This document shows, piece after piece, positions 20,405 to 30,353 of a stretch of DNA of 64,000 bases. Below the pieces are notes generated by a model. That model worked only from the letters and a program-made list of their open reading frames with translations, was not told the DNA's origin and searched no databases. The DNA comes from Candidatus Latescibacterota bacterium (GTDB taxonomy: Bacteria; Latescibacterota; UBA2968; UBA8231): positions 256,001-320,000 of the forward strand of contig OZ242318.1 of assembly GCA_965208105.1 (NCBI GenBank), in the 5' to 3' direction. Position numbers and translations under genes: made by a program. The stretch's first letter is position 1. Each line of letters opens with the position of its first letter.

Positions 20405-21745
20405 TTACGGCTCTGAAGCCCGCCGGATCCACAGGCGGATCTGCGCCGGGGTCGGCCGTCGTCCTTCCCCAGGAATGGCGCGGAGGCTTTCCCCTACTTG
20501 CGCGGGGGTTGATGCGGCCAGGTCCGCCAGCGACCGAATTCCCGCTCGGGCCAGCAGATTTCCGTATTCCACCCCGATGCCCTGGTGCAGGTAGAGCCCG
20601 GTCAGCCTGCGGGTGGAATGGACGGCCTCGGTGCCCAGTTCCGCTTGCATGCGGCGCCAGATTTCCGCCGCCCTGCCATCCTCCAGATCGGTCAGGTAGA
20701 CGATGCCTGCCTCCTGCAGAAAGCTGCGGGTGTCCGGGTCGAGGCCGCCCGCTGCAGCCAGCCGGGGCTTCACCGAGCCAACCGTCAACTCCTGCACGTA
20801 GTGGTTGATGGCCAGGACGCTGGCCGCAGCCAGAAGGACCGGGGCGATGGCATTCCGGGCCCTGACCGGGCCGGGCTTCTGGTGCCGGTGCGCCCCCAAT
20901 GGCGGCGCTAGGCGGTGCCACACAAGGAGGCGATAGACCAGGGCGCATTCCACCGCGAAGGGTGGAAAGCCCAGGAACCCGGCCACGGGCATCTCGAAGA
21001 GCTTCAGCTCCTCGAAGAAAGGCACGGTGTAGATCCACTTGACCAGGGCCCAGTAGTTGAAGAACTCCCACAGGATTCCGGCGATCAGCCCGGCCAGCAA
21101 CTGGCGGGTCATGGGGCCGTAGTCGCCGCGTTCCAGTTGCCGCAGCAGGCCGTCGGGCAGGCGGCGGTGTTCCACCGGGGCAAGTAGCAGGATGATGGCG
21201 ACCCAGGTGAGCGGAAAGAAGAACCGGGGCCACAAAAGCACCAGCGCCAGGCCCACCAGGCCTGCTGCCTGCAGGAGCTTCAGCCGGACGCTGGTCAGGT
21301 GCCAGGGAGGGCCTCGCCAACCGCTGGCCACCCGGCGCAGACCCAGGTAGTGCTCCAGCCAAAGCAGGCCGGGCAGAACCGTGGCGAAGGAGAGAACGGC
21401 GTTGAGTGTCTGCACCACGGGGTTTTCGGGGACGAAGACGTAGTACCAGTTTTGCAGGCGGAAGTTGATCAGCTCGAAGCCGTACCAGAGCGCCGCCGAC
21501 CAGAAGAGGACCAGCAGAAAGGCCGGGCCGCAGCGGGCGATGAGGGAGCGTCCTTCCCGCCGCTGGATGAGGCGGTCGAGGGTCCAGATGATTCCGTACC
21601 AGGCGCACAGGTAGAACAGGGTGGTCGCCGGCTCCACCCTTCGCAGCATGAGGGCAAAGGCGGCGGCGATGAACAGGGGGCCCGCAAGGAGCAGCAGCGC
21701 CGATTGAAAGGGGCGCGGGTCCGGCGGTGCGGAAACGGAGGTCAT
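20405..21745 (-). CDS. membrane protein with C-terminal DUF4332-like (HhH) domain
   Basis: Repeated WYGFELIN/LWEFFNYW, FEMP..GFLGFPPFAVE TM region; tail GIGVEYGNLLARAGI...PTPAQIRLWIRRA. Confidence 0.72.
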   Translation of the reverse strand: MTSVSAPPDPRPFQSALLLLAGPLFIAAAFALMLRRVEPATTLFYLCAWYGIIWTLDRLIQRREGRSLIARCGPAFLLVLFWSAALWYGFELINFRLQNWYYVFVPENPVVQTLNAVLSFATVLPGLLWLEHYLGLRRVASGWRGPPWHLTSVRLKLLQAAGLVGLALVLLWPRFFFPLTWVAIILLLAPVEHRRLPDGLLRQLERGDYGPMTRQLLAGLIAGILWEFFNYWALVKWIYTVPFFEELKLFEMPVAGFLGFPPFAVECALVYRLLVWHRLAPPLGAHRHQKPGPVRARNAIAPVLLAAASVLAINHYVQELTVGSVKPRLAAAGGLDPDTRSFLQEAGIVYLTDLEDGRAAEIWRRMQAELGTEAVHSTRRLTGLYLHQGIGVEYGNLLARAGIRSLADLAASTPAQVGESLRAIPGEGRRPTPAQIRLWIRRASEP

Positions 21746-22641
21746 GGTGAGGGGTCCAGCTCCAGGACCGCGGCCAGGCTGTCGCCCTGGTGGACCCGGT
21801 TGAAGACCCGCAGGCAGAGGATCTGGCCGGCCTGGGTCGACCGCACTTCCTCGCGGCGCCGGCCCAGGTGATCGACAACCGTGCCGATCACGTCCCCGTG
21901 TCGCACCCTTTCCATCAACTTCACCCGGGGCTCGAAGAAGCCGGCGCAGGGGGAGGGGTAGTTGAGCTGGATGTGGCCGGAGTTGTCGCGGCCGTCCTCC
22001 AACACGTACTCGATGCGCGACGGAGGCGGGGTGCGGTCGATCATCTTCAGCTCGGCCATGAGGTTCAGGCAGCCCTCGAAATAGGCCTCGACGCCCCGGG
22101 GGTCGCAGGTTCCGCCCCCCATCCACTCGGCGTAGATGGCCGGCACCCCGGCGTCGCGGGCCACCGAGAGGGAGCGTCCGTCGAGGCCGGCGGAGGTGCC
22201 CCAGACGATGGGCAGGTTCAGGGCCCGGGCCATGCGCCGCTGTACCTCGAGCACGGCCTTGTCGGGGTGCAGCATGTAGCCCGCGGTGGGGTAGAATTCC
22301 ATGGCGATCCCGCCGCTGTGCAGGTCGACCAGGTAGTCGGCGTCCCGGATTTCCCGGCTGACAGCGTGGGCGGTGCGCTCGGTGATGGAGCCCTCGGCCC
22401 GCCCCGGGCAGGTGCGGGCAAGGTCGCGCCCGTCCCCGGCGCAGCGGCGGCCGCGCCAGTAGGCGGCCTCGTTGACCACCGGGATGGCGGTGAGACGGCC
22501 GCGCAAGTCCGCCGGGTCCAGGTGGTCCAGCAGTCGGCGGATGGCCGCCATGGACTCGAACTCGTCGCCGTGAACCCCGCCCAGGACCAGCAGGTTGGGT
22601 CCCTGGCGTTCCCCTTCAATAACTTCCTGCCGCAGGTTCAT
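21742..22641 (-). CDS. succinylglutamate desuccinylase/aspartoacylase family protein
   Basis: GVHGDE, DLARTCPG, VDLHSG, AE; overlaps next gene by 4 nt. Confidence 0.88.
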   Translation of the reverse strand: MNLRQEVIEGERQGPNLLVLGGVHGDEFESMAAIRRLLDHLDPADLRGRLTAIPVVNEAAYWRGRRCAGDGRDLARTCPGRAEGSITERTAHAVSREIRDADYLVDLHSGGIAMEFYPTAGYMLHPDKAVLEVQRRMARALNLPIVWGTSAGLDGRSLSVARDAGVPAIYAEWMGGGTCDPRGVEAYFEGCLNLMAELKMIDRTPPPSRIEYVLEDGRDNSGHIQLNYPSPCAGFFEPRVKLMERVRHGDVIGTVVDHLGRRREEVRSTQAGQILCLRVFNRVHQGDSLAAVLELDPSP

Positions 22642-22702
22642 GGTCGCAGTCACAGGCCGCGCTCCGGAATTTGTGGCCAATTGCCCGGGTTCACCAGGAC
22701 AC

Positions 22703-23062
22703 TTAGGCGGCCAGGGGGACCAGCTTCGAAGCGCGGATGACGCGGTCCCTCGTGAGCAGCGGAAGGTTGTGCACGACGCTGGTGGCCGCAATTATCTCGT
22801 CCGCCGGATCGCTCTCAAAGTCGAGGCGGGTCGAAGCCCGCGCAACGGAGAGATCGATGGGCCACACGTGCAGGCGGTTCAAGGTGCGGATCACCTCACG
22901 GTCGTCGAGGTCCATCTCTATGCGGCCGAGTTGAGCGAGCTTGGACAATTCCCACAGGACAATGGCGGAGACGGACCACCTGTTCCGCGCCAACAGGTCC
23001 AGCTCGGACGGCCGCAGCTCACCAAGGACCGCGAGTACAAAAATGTGAGTATCAAGATTGAT
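22703..23062 (-). CDS. vapC: PIN-domain toxin (VapC)
   Basis: INLDTH, SAIVLWE, DPAD, LLTRD; overlaps the antitoxin gene. Confidence 0.88.
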   Translation of the reverse strand: MNLDTHIFVLAVLGELRPSELDLLARNRWSVSAIVLWELSKLAQLGRIEMDLDDREVIRTLNRLHVWPIDLSVARASTRLDFESDPADEIIAATSVVHNLPLLTRDRVIRASKLVPLAA

Positions 23063-23276
23063 CATCTGCATCCCAGCGGATTCCGGTGGAAAAAATATCG
23101 CCCTGAATCTCGATTTTGTTGCGCAGACTGCCGATCAGGTCGCCGCAATTCTGGTCATAGGGAACCACTCGCGCCACGGGCTTGCCGTGCTTGGTAACGA
23201 TCAGGCCCTCGGGGTCGAGCTGGTCCAACAAAGCCAGGCACTGCTCCTTGAACTTCGCCGCTCCAATCGATTTCAT
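23052..23276 (-). CDS. Phd/YefM family antitoxin
   Basis: IGAAKFKEQCLALLD...IVTKHGKPVARVVP. Confidence 0.9.
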   Translation of the reverse strand: MKSIGAAKFKEQCLALLDQLDPEGLIVTKHGKPVARVVPYDQNCGDLIGSLRNKIEIQGDIFSTGIRWDADDQS

Positions 23277-23306
23277 ATCACTTCTCCAGCGGAATAACCA
23301 GGTTTC

Positions 23307-23336
23307 AGACTGGTCATAATATAAGACTGGTCATAA
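23307..23336. promoter_or_regulatory. tandem operator repeats upstream of the TA operon
   Basis: AGACTGGTCATAA at 23307-23319 and 23324-23336; each holds a GAC-N2-GTC palindrome. Confidence 0.65.
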
Positions 23337-23380
23337 AATTTGTCCATATTTCAGGCACGCCCAATTCATGGACGCATCCC

Positions 23381-24826
23381 TTATTTGTGACCTGCCAATC
23401 CGGCGTAAACCTTGCGTCCTTCCTGGAACAAGTGTAGGACTTCCTCCCGCTGGGTATCCCTGGTGAAGCGCCAGTTCCGGCGCACCGTATCCATGGCGGC
23501 GTCGATGGAGCGCAGGAAGAATGCTGCGGACGCGGACGCCGTGCCTCCGGGAAGGCCGCTGCCGACATAGACCGGGCTGGTGTGGGCGTAGACCGGCTGG
23601 GCGAAGCTGTCCCGGGCTTCCCCGAAGGCGCGCGCCGCGACCCAGCCGTCGGATCCGATCTGCAGGTCGAAGGCCCATTCCCCCTCCCGCCTATTGTCGT
23701 CCAGCCGCTGGGTCTGCGCCACCCCTCCGTCGTGAATCAGCTCCACCCGGTTGAGGGGGTAGTGAGAGCGCCAGGTGATTATCCCCGGGACGGTGCGCGG
23801 GCGCCCACCGGGCGACGGCAATGATGCCCCGGGTGTTATCCCGTCGACCTCGAGAAACAGCGCCGGACCGTTGGTGATGAAGGTCCGTCCCGCCTGCAGG
23901 CCGCGCAGCCAGTTCTCGTAGGAAAATTCCCCATCGGTCTGCACGTAGACCCTGTTGTTGGCGCAGACGAACCAGTCCGTCCCGGTGGAGGCGGGCAGCC
24001 GGATGCCGCAGTTGAGCAGGTGGTACCATATTTCGTATTCGAGGTCTTTCCAGCAGGGGTCGAAGAGGTTGAAGGCGTCCAGCTTCCCCAGCGCCGCGGC
24101 CACGGGCGCTTCCATGCCCCAGCCGTTGTGGCACCACAGCACCAGGCCGCCCTGGCCCCTGGCATCGTCGCAGGCGTAGCAGATGGGGGGATAGTCGGAG
24201 TCGAAGTCGCTGACCAGCTCGCCGCGGCTGACCGGCTCCACCAGGTTGTTAATGCGCAGGAACATGACGTGCCCCGAGCCGCCGCCGTGCCGGGAGTTGT
24301 GGCGGTTTTCCTCGCCGCAGTCGACCTGGTGGTGGGCGGTGGAGAAGTCGGTCATGAACCCGGGGGGGTACTTGTTGCTGGCATAGGGCAGGTCGCGCCG
24401 CTGCAGGATGCTGATGACGGTCACGCTGAGGTCGTGGACCCTGGGGTCGAGGTGAAGGCGGTCGTCGGGGCGTGCCTCCTGCTCGTTGTAGTGCAGGTGG
24501 GTATTGCCCGGGTACCAGCCCTCCGAGGGCAGGTCGGCCCAGCGTTCGAGATGCAGGTCGACCTCGACCGTCCCTTTGGCGGGCATGGAGACGACCTTGC
24601 GCAGGGGCTCGTACTCGGTTCCGCGCTCCACCACGATGTCGGTCGAACCTCGGGGCACGTCCACGCTGAACTGCCCCGGAGAGTAGAAGAACGGGTCGCC
24701 CGGGCCGATCTTGAGAATGCTGTCGGCGGGGTGGACGAAGCGGCCGCCGCTGGTCAGGACGTGGACCTTGGCCTCGATCAGGGCGCCTGAAACCCCGTCT
24801 CGAATACTCCCTTTGAAAATACCCAT
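23381..24826 (-). CDS. CehA/McbA family (PHP-fold) metallohydrolase
   Basis: VERGTEY, GNTHLH, GH, WYHLLNCG, STGTD, GRTFITNGP, AHTSPVYV. Confidence 0.82.
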   Translation of the reverse strand: MGIFKGSIRDGVSGALIEAKVHVLTSGGRFVHPADSILKIGPGDPFFYSPGQFSVDVPRGSTDIVVERGTEYEPLRKVVSMPAKGTVEVDLHLERWADLPSEGWYPGNTHLHYNEQEARPDDRLHLDPRVHDLSVTVISILQRRDLPYASNKYPPGFMTDFSTAHHQVDCGEENRHNSRHGGGSGHVMFLRINNLVEPVSRGELVSDFDSDYPPICYACDDARGQGGLVLWCHNGWGMEAPVAAALGKLDAFNLFDPCWKDLEYEIWYHLLNCGIRLPASTGTDWFVCANNRVYVQTDGEFSYENWLRGLQAGRTFITNGPALFLEVDGITPGASLPSPGGRPRTVPGIITWRSHYPLNRVELIHDGGVAQTQRLDDNRREGEWAFDLQIGSDGWVAARAFGEARDSFAQPVYAHTSPVYVGSGLPGGTASASAAFFLRSIDAAMDTVRRNWRFTRDTQREEVLHLFQEGRKVYAGLAGHK

Positions 24827-25085
24827 GGAATATTCCCTTCGAGTTTCTGTTCAGGGAGGGAGTGAAAATCCCTCCTCCGGGGGGAAGCGAAAGCGGCGAT
24901 GCGCAGTCGAACCCGGCAGGGTTCAAGAAAAAAGGCACCGTCAGCGAATCATTGTCAAGGAGGAGAGCGCAGGAGCATGGGCCCTGCCGCGCTGGAACGT
25001 CCGCCGCCCCGGAGAGTCCTGAAGGTAAGGCCATCGTGGACGGGAACTGGTCATTCCCTACCTTCAGCCCGCAGGAGGACCGACC

Positions 25086-26558
25086 GTGCTCACCCCAGAT
25101 TCGACCCCCGATGGAAAGACGGCCTCGATTCCGCTGCCGATCATCCTCGTCGCCGCGGCCATCTGCAGTCTGTCCGGGGCAGCCAACGGCCACCTGCACC
25201 CGCCGGTCTTCGCCCCCGCCGAAAATCCCGACAGCCTCAACGTGGAACGCGTCGGCGAGGTGGTCCTGCTCAGCCTTCCCGAGGCCGGCGACCCGCCCTA
25301 CGGCACCGACTTTTACCTTGCAGGCGATCACGCCTTCATGGGGGACTTTCGCGGCATCGTCCACATCGTCGATATCTCCGACCCGGCCGCCATGCGCAAG
25401 GTAGGCGAGGTGCGCACCCCGGGTTCGGCGGTGGACATCAAGGTGGAAGGGGACCTGGCGGCCATCGGGGTGCAGAGTTTCACCGGCGAATTCGGGCTGC
25501 TGCTCCTCGACATCTCCGATCCGGCGAGTCCAGTCGAGCTCTCCCGGCTGGAGGAGAAAGGCTGGGGAGGGGTCCACAATCTCTTCATCCAGGGCGAGCG
25601 CGTCTACCTGGCCCACTCCTATACTCCGGGCCTGACCATCGTGGACATATCCGAACCGGCCGAGCCCAGGGTCTCGGGCGTCTGGGGCAAGGAGGGCGAT
25701 TGGAGCAACATAATCCACGATGTCTTCGTGCGCGGCCGTCTCGCCGTCCTCAGCGATATCGAGTCCGGCCTCGTCCTTCTCGACCTCGCCGACCCGGACG
25801 CGCCCGAACTGCTCGCCGAGCTGCCCTTCGCCGAGGGTCTCCACAGCGCCTGGGCCGAAGGGGACTACGTCTACTGCAACCAGGAATTCGGCGGCTGGGA
25901 GCGGCGCCTTCACGTGGTCGATATCTCCGACCTCCGGCGGCCCCGGCTGGTCCGTTCATTCGGCATCAGCCCGCCGCCGCAGGGGGACATCCTCGGACCG
26001 CACAACCCCTGGGTCCGCGACGGTCTGCTCTACTGGGCCTACTACGACGCCGGCCTGCGCGTCTTCGACCTGACGGACCCGGCGCGGCCGGTGGAGGCGG
26101 CCTACCACACCTATCCGGGGTCGGCCTGGAGCGCCCAGCCCCACGACGACGGGCTGGTCTACGTCGCCGACGGCACCGCGGGCATCCAGGCCTACAGGCT
26201 GGACCGGAAGGGCATCGCCGACCGCGCCGCGCTTGGGCGCGACACCTCGGTGGACGAAGCCAGGGCGGACCCCCGGCCAGCGGCTTTCAGGCTGGGTCAG
26301 AATTTCCCCAATCCCTTCAACCAGTCCACCTCTATCAGGGTCGAGCTTGAGACCGCCGCCCATGTGGAGCTGTCCGTTTTCAACCTGGCGGGGCGAAGGG
26401 TCGCCACCCTCGCCGGGGGGCCGCAGCTGCCGGGCAGCCATACCTTCACCTGGGACGGCCGCGACGACCTCGGGGCCGAGCTGGCCTCGGGGGCATACTT
26501 CTACCGGCTCAGGGCCGACGGGGAAGAGCGGACGCGCAAAATGGTCCTCCTGCGCTAA
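25086..26558 (+). CDS. LVIVD-repeat secreted protein with FlgD-Ig / T9SS-like C-terminal domain
   Basis: Multiple IVDISDP repeats; tail QNFPNPFN...WDGRDD.G..LASGAYFYRL...KMVLLR. Confidence 0.85.
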   Translation: MLTPDSTPDGKTASIPLPIILVAAAICSLSGAANGHLHPPVFAPAENPDSLNVERVGEVVLLSLPEAGDPPYGTDFYLAGDHAFMGDFRGIVHIVDISDPAAMRKVGEVRTPGSAVDIKVEGDLAAIGVQSFTGEFGLLLLDISDPASPVELSRLEEKGWGGVHNLFIQGERVYLAHSYTPGLTIVDISEPAEPRVSGVWGKEGDWSNIIHDVFVRGRLAVLSDIESGLVLLDLADPDAPELLAELPFAEGLHSAWAEGDYVYCNQEFGGWERRLHVVDISDLRRPRLVRSFGISPPPQGDILGPHNPWVRDGLLYWAYYDAGLRVFDLTDPARPVEAAYHTYPGSAWSAQPHDDGLVYVADGTAGIQAYRLDRKGIADRAALGRDTSVDEARADPRPAAFRLGQNFPNPFNQSTSIRVELETAAHVELSVFNLAGRRVATLAGGPQLPGSHTFTWDGRDDLGAELASGAYFYRLRADGEERTRKMVLLR

Positions 26559-26703
26559 CAGCCCGTTGAAAAGTTGCTCTGCAGGCGAGGCCCCCGTACT
26601 CATGGACGGGACCATGTGCTGGACTTCCGCCTATGGGAGACTCGTCAGGGGGACCGCGGGGCTCGAAGGCGAGGTTGCCGAACCCGGCTGGCAAGGGGAG
26701 GAC

Positions 26704-27723
26704 CTATGCGAGATCGTCGAGCAGGACCAGCTTCCCGCCGGCTTCGGCGGAGGCGTTGGCCCCCAGAACGGCTGCCAGGCTGTTGAGGGAAGCCGGGTAG
26801 GGGCTGCGCGGCAGGGAGGCATCTCCGCTCCGCACCGCGTCGATGAAGGCCCGGGCCTGGGCATGGAAGGCATCCTCGGGCGGGGGATCTTCGGGGGCTT
26901 CCCACACCACCTCGCCGTTCTCCCTGATCTGCCGCGGGCTCCAGTCGACGATGGAGTCGTCGCAGACCACGACGGTCCGGCGCAGGGAGCAGGGGACGTT
27001 GTTCATCACCCGGGCGACGCTGGCGTTGGCGGTCAGGCGCCTCCTGAAGCGGTAGTTGACGTTGTAGACCAGGGGCAGGTTCATGGGCTCGATGCGCTCG
27101 GCGGGCAGGGACTGGAGGTAGAAGGCCGAGACCGCCTCGATGTCGCCGAAAAAGTAGCGCAGCAGATCCACACCGTGGATGGTGTTCTCCACGAACGAGC
27201 CGCCGCAAAGCTCGTAGCGGCTGGTCCAGTAGCGCTGCGGCTTGCCGCTGTAGTATCTCTGGATCTGGGCGTGGCGCGGGGTGCGATGGCGCAGCAGGTC
27301 GCGGGCCGGGGCGGAAGCGGGCTCGTAGCGATGGACGAAGCCCACCTGGGACACGATGCCGGCTTCTGCCACCGCCGCGCCGAAGCGGGCGGCCTGGGCA
27401 AGGTCGAGGCTTTGTGGCTTCTCGACGAAGAGAGCGATGCCCTTGCCGGCGGCGATGAGCACCTCGTCGCTGTGCTCGGTGGGCGGGATGGAGAGGTAAA
27501 CCGCATCCAGCTCCTGCTCGTCGAACATCAGGTGGTGGTCGGTGTAGGTGGAGCGGGGCTTGTAAGCGGCGGCCTGCTGTCGGAGGGTCTCCTCGCTGCG
27601 GTCGCAGAAGGCCTGGAAGACCACCCTGCCTTCCTCGGCGAGGGCGGCCAGCGCAGGCAGGTGGGCCGACTTGGTGATCAAGCCGAGGCCGATACAGCCG
27701 ACGCGGACGGGCTTCATCTGCAA
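26704..27723 (-). CDS. Gfo/Idh/MocA oxidoreductase
   Basis: IGLGLI, VEKP, HGVD. Confidence 0.88.
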   Translation of the reverse strand: MQMKPVRVGCIGLGLITKSAHLPALAALAEEGRVVFQAFCDRSEETLRQQAAAYKPRSTYTDHHLMFDEQELDAVYLSIPPTEHSDEVLIAAGKGIALFVEKPQSLDLAQAARFGAAVAEAGIVSQVGFVHRYEPASAPARDLLRHRTPRHAQIQRYYSGKPQRYWTSRYELCGGSFVENTIHGVDLLRYFFGDIEAVSAFYLQSLPAERIEPMNLPLVYNVNYRFRRRLTANASVARVMNNVPCSLRRTVVVCDDSIVDWSPRQIRENGEVVWEAPEDPPPEDAFHAQARAFIDAVRSGDASLPRSPYPASLNSLAAVLGANASAEAGGKLVLLDDLA

Positions 27724-27763
27724 TTCCTTCCAGGGAAAAAATGAACGGCCTTGTCGGCCCTTC

Positions 27764-28792
27764 TCACTCCAGGTCCAGGACCACCTCGCGCCCCGTGCGC
27801 GCCGATTCCTCGGTCGCTTCCAGAACCTTGAGCACCTTCAAGCCGTGGTCCTGGGGCACTGGGGTGTCCTCGTCGCCGCGCTCGATGGACTGGACGAAGG
27901 CGGTGAACTGGTCGAGCAGGCTGTTGCGCGCCGGCACCTCCCGGCGGCGCCAGGTGCCCTCGCCGGTGTCGGCGATGAACAGGGCCGGAGGTTCGCCGCC
28001 GCCGAGGGGAAGGCGAAAGCGCGCCATCCCCCTGCCAAAGAACCAGTCGCCGCCGTACTCGGTGGCTCCGCGCTCCCAGGCGATGCGGCTCACGGCGGCA
28101 ACCACGCCGCTCTTCCAGCGGATGAAGTACATGCCGGTGTCGTCGCAGTTTATTACGGGATGCTCGGACCTGGGGTAGGTGAACTGTCCCTGCTGCGCCG
28201 ACACGGTGGCCACGTCGCAGCCGATGATCCACAGCAGGCGGTCGATCTGGTGGGTGCCGTCCATCTGGCCCATGCCGCCGCCTCTTTCGCGGTCCAGCAT
28301 CCACGGGGGTCGGCCGTAGGGTCCGTAGGACTTGTGCCAGACGTCGTAGGCCATGATCACCGGCCCCAGCTCGCCGCGGTCCACGACCTCCTTCATCGCC
28401 TTCACCGCGGGGTAGTAGCGCTGGGTGTGGGCGGTCATGAGCTTCACCCCGTTGCGGCGCGCCGCCGCCAGCATCTCCTCCGCCTGCCAGGCCCAGACCG
28501 CGATGGGCTTCTCCATGTAGATGTGCTTGCCCGCCGCCGCCGCGTCGAGGGCCGCCTGGTAGTGGAGCCAGTGGGGCAGGGCACCGATCACCACGTGGAC
28601 GTCATCGCGCCCGAGGGTGTGGCGATAGTCGGCGACCAAGTCCACGTCGGGATGGCGCTCCCGCCAGGTGGCGGCGGCCTCCTCGTTGGGCTCGGCCACC
28701 ACCTTGATCTCGGCGCCTGGGGTTTTTCTGACCACCTCGATGTAGCTGCCGCCGATGCGGCCGGTGCCGAGCACCGCGACTCCGTATGGCAC
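27764..28792 (-). CDS. Gfo/Idh/MocA oxidoreductase
   Basis: LGTGRIG, MEKP, GGG...HQID. Confidence 0.88.
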   Translation of the reverse strand: MPYGVAVLGTGRIGGSYIEVVRKTPGAEIKVVAEPNEEAAATWRERHPDVDLVADYRHTLGRDDVHVVIGALPHWLHYQAALDAAAAGKHIYMEKPIAVWAWQAEEMLAAARRNGVKLMTAHTQRYYPAVKAMKEVVDRGELGPVIMAYDVWHKSYGPYGRPPWMLDRERGGGMGQMDGTHQIDRLLWIIGCDVATVSAQQGQFTYPRSEHPVINCDDTGMYFIRWKSGVVAAVSRIAWERGATEYGGDWFFGRGMARFRLPLGGGEPPALFIADTGEGTWRRREVPARNSLLDQFTAFVQSIERGDEDTPVPQDHGLKVLKVLEATEESARTGREVVLDLE

Positions 28793-28983
28793 GGGGGAAC
28801 CTGCTTTCTATCCCGTAGGCGAACCCGTAGGATAGGTTGCCATGCGGTCTGTTGTCAAGGAAGGTACGGGCCCCAGCGCAACTTCGTCTCCCGCAGCGAG
28901 CTTCGCCTGCAATTGACCAGCCATACAGGGGAGCATTTCCTTGAAAGGTGGAGTTGCGAGGGGAAACGGAAGAGAGAACCTCT

Positions 28984-29415
28984 ATGGCGAAAACACGACG
29001 AAAACGGAAAAAATCCGCAGCAAAGAAGGAACCGAGAGGCGGCGACGGGGCCGCTGACTACCGCTCGGAGCTGTGGCGCATGGCCGATGCTCTGCGCGGC
29101 AGCATGGACGCGGCAATCGAGGGGCGCATCGAGCGCGGCGGCGAAAACTCCGGCTAGTATGCCGACGTTCCCGGATTCTGCAAGAGTGCGACTCTGGAAG
29201 AGATCCGCAAGCACGGCCACGTCCTCACCCCCGGGCGCTACGTCGGCGCGGAACCTCAGGAGGACGACGGTGAACCCTTCGCGGAGAAGATGGCCCGCCT
29301 CTCCAAGCAGTGGCGCGAGCAGCAGGCCGAGGCGAAAAGACTGGACGCGGCAATCGAGGCGAATCTGGAGAAGTTGGAGTTTCTTCCAGGCCGGCCGTCA
29401 TGCAAAGACGTTTGA
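28984..29415 (+). pseudogene. hsdM: type I R-M methyltransferase remnant (N-terminus fused to C-terminus, internal TAG at 29155)
   Basis: YRSELWRMADALRGSMDAA joined in frame to [30 protein letters not shown]...[10 protein letters not shown]...LDAAIEANL; catalytic core absent. Confidence 0.82.
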
Positions 29416-29440
29416 CGTCAATCGTCATTATTTCTACATT
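29412..29440 (+). promoter_or_regulatory. sigma70 promoter of higBA with palindrome over -35
   Basis: TTGACG-N17-TACATT; perfect palindrome TTGACGTCAA at 29412-29421. Confidence 0.65.
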
Positions 29441-29448
29441 TTCCACCC

Positions 29449-29730
29449 ATGATACTCAGCTATGGGGACAGGCGAACCGAGCGCTTTGCCTCAGGAGAGT
29501 TCGTAGCCGCGTTTCAAGGATTCGAGCGGTAGGCTGCCAAGCGGCTGGCAATCCTGAACGCAGCACCTACGCTGGATACCTTGAGAGCACTACCAGGCAA
29601 TCGCCTGGAAGCCCTCAGGGGCAAGAGGGCGGGGCAGTACTCCATCCGCATCAACCGGCAGTGGCGCATCTGCTTTGCCTGGCCCGACGGTCCGGGGCCA
29701 ACTGGTGTCGAGATCGTAGACTACCATTAA
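29449..29730 (+). pseudogene. higB: HigB (RelE-like) toxin with in-frame TAG at 29530-29532
   Basis: MILSYGDRRTERF...FER*AAKRL...LPGNRLEALRGKRAGQYSIRINRQWRICF...VEIVDYH. Not in ORF track. Confidence 0.88.
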
Positions 29731-29750
29731 CCAAGAGGAGGGACGCTGGC

Positions 29751-30041
29751 ATGTTCAAACGGGTCGTTCATCCCGGTGAGGTTCTGAGAGACGAGTTGAC
29801 CGAGTTCGGCATAACCCCGACAGCGTTCGCCCGCCAGATTGACGTACCGCCCAATCGTATCAGCCAGATCATCGCAGGCAAGCGCTCCGTGACCGGGGAT
29901 ACCGCGTTGCGGTTCGGGCACTGGTTCGGCGTCGAGCCGCAATTCTGGATGAACCTACAGACGCAGTTCGATCTCGCCACAGCCGAGCAGCGGTCCGGCG
30001 CCGCCGTGCGAGAACTTCCCACATCCGCCGCGGGCGGGTAG
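29751..30041 (+). CDS. higA: HigA antitoxin (HTH)
   Basis: HPGEVL...NRISQIIAGKRSVTGDTALR...FWMNLQ; RBS GAGGAGG. Confidence 0.92.
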   Translation: MFKRVVHPGEVLRDELTEFGITPTAFARQIDVPPNRISQIIAGKRSVTGDTALRFGHWFGVEPQFWMNLQTQFDLATAEQRSGAAVRELPTSAAGG

Positions 30042-30114
30042 CGCGTGGTCGCAAGGACTGATCTGAAGCTGGGGTCCGGAGATCGCATGGCCAGGATGGC
30101 GGCCCTGCGCCGGG

Positions 30115-30232
30115 AAGATGCAGCAGCTTGCAGCGCAGTTACGGCAGCAGCAGGCCGATGCGAAAACTGGATGAGGCGATTGCAGAGAATCTTTTTGCAC
30201 TCACAGAGCAGGAATACCGAGAATTGGAATAG
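30115..30232 (+). pseudogene. second, divergent HsdM C-terminal remnant
   Basis: KMQQLAAQLRQQQADAK / LDEAIAENL (one frameshift) parallels [27 protein letters not shown] of the first remnant. Confidence 0.62.
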
Positions 30233-30353
30233 CCGAGGATGACAAACCATTCACCCAGTTGGCGATTGATGACCGCAGCCTCAGCAAATACGAGAACCCA
30301 CCGCTCCGGGCTCTCGACTCTACGCCTAACCTGGCAATCACCCATACCTATCC

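Noticed and set aside
29155-29532. Amber recoding or pyrrolysine explaining two neighbouring in-frame TAGs
   Set aside because: TAG ends many intact genes here (e.g. 1886, 9141, 11658, 30041), and the hsdM fragment also lacks its core. Decay is simpler.
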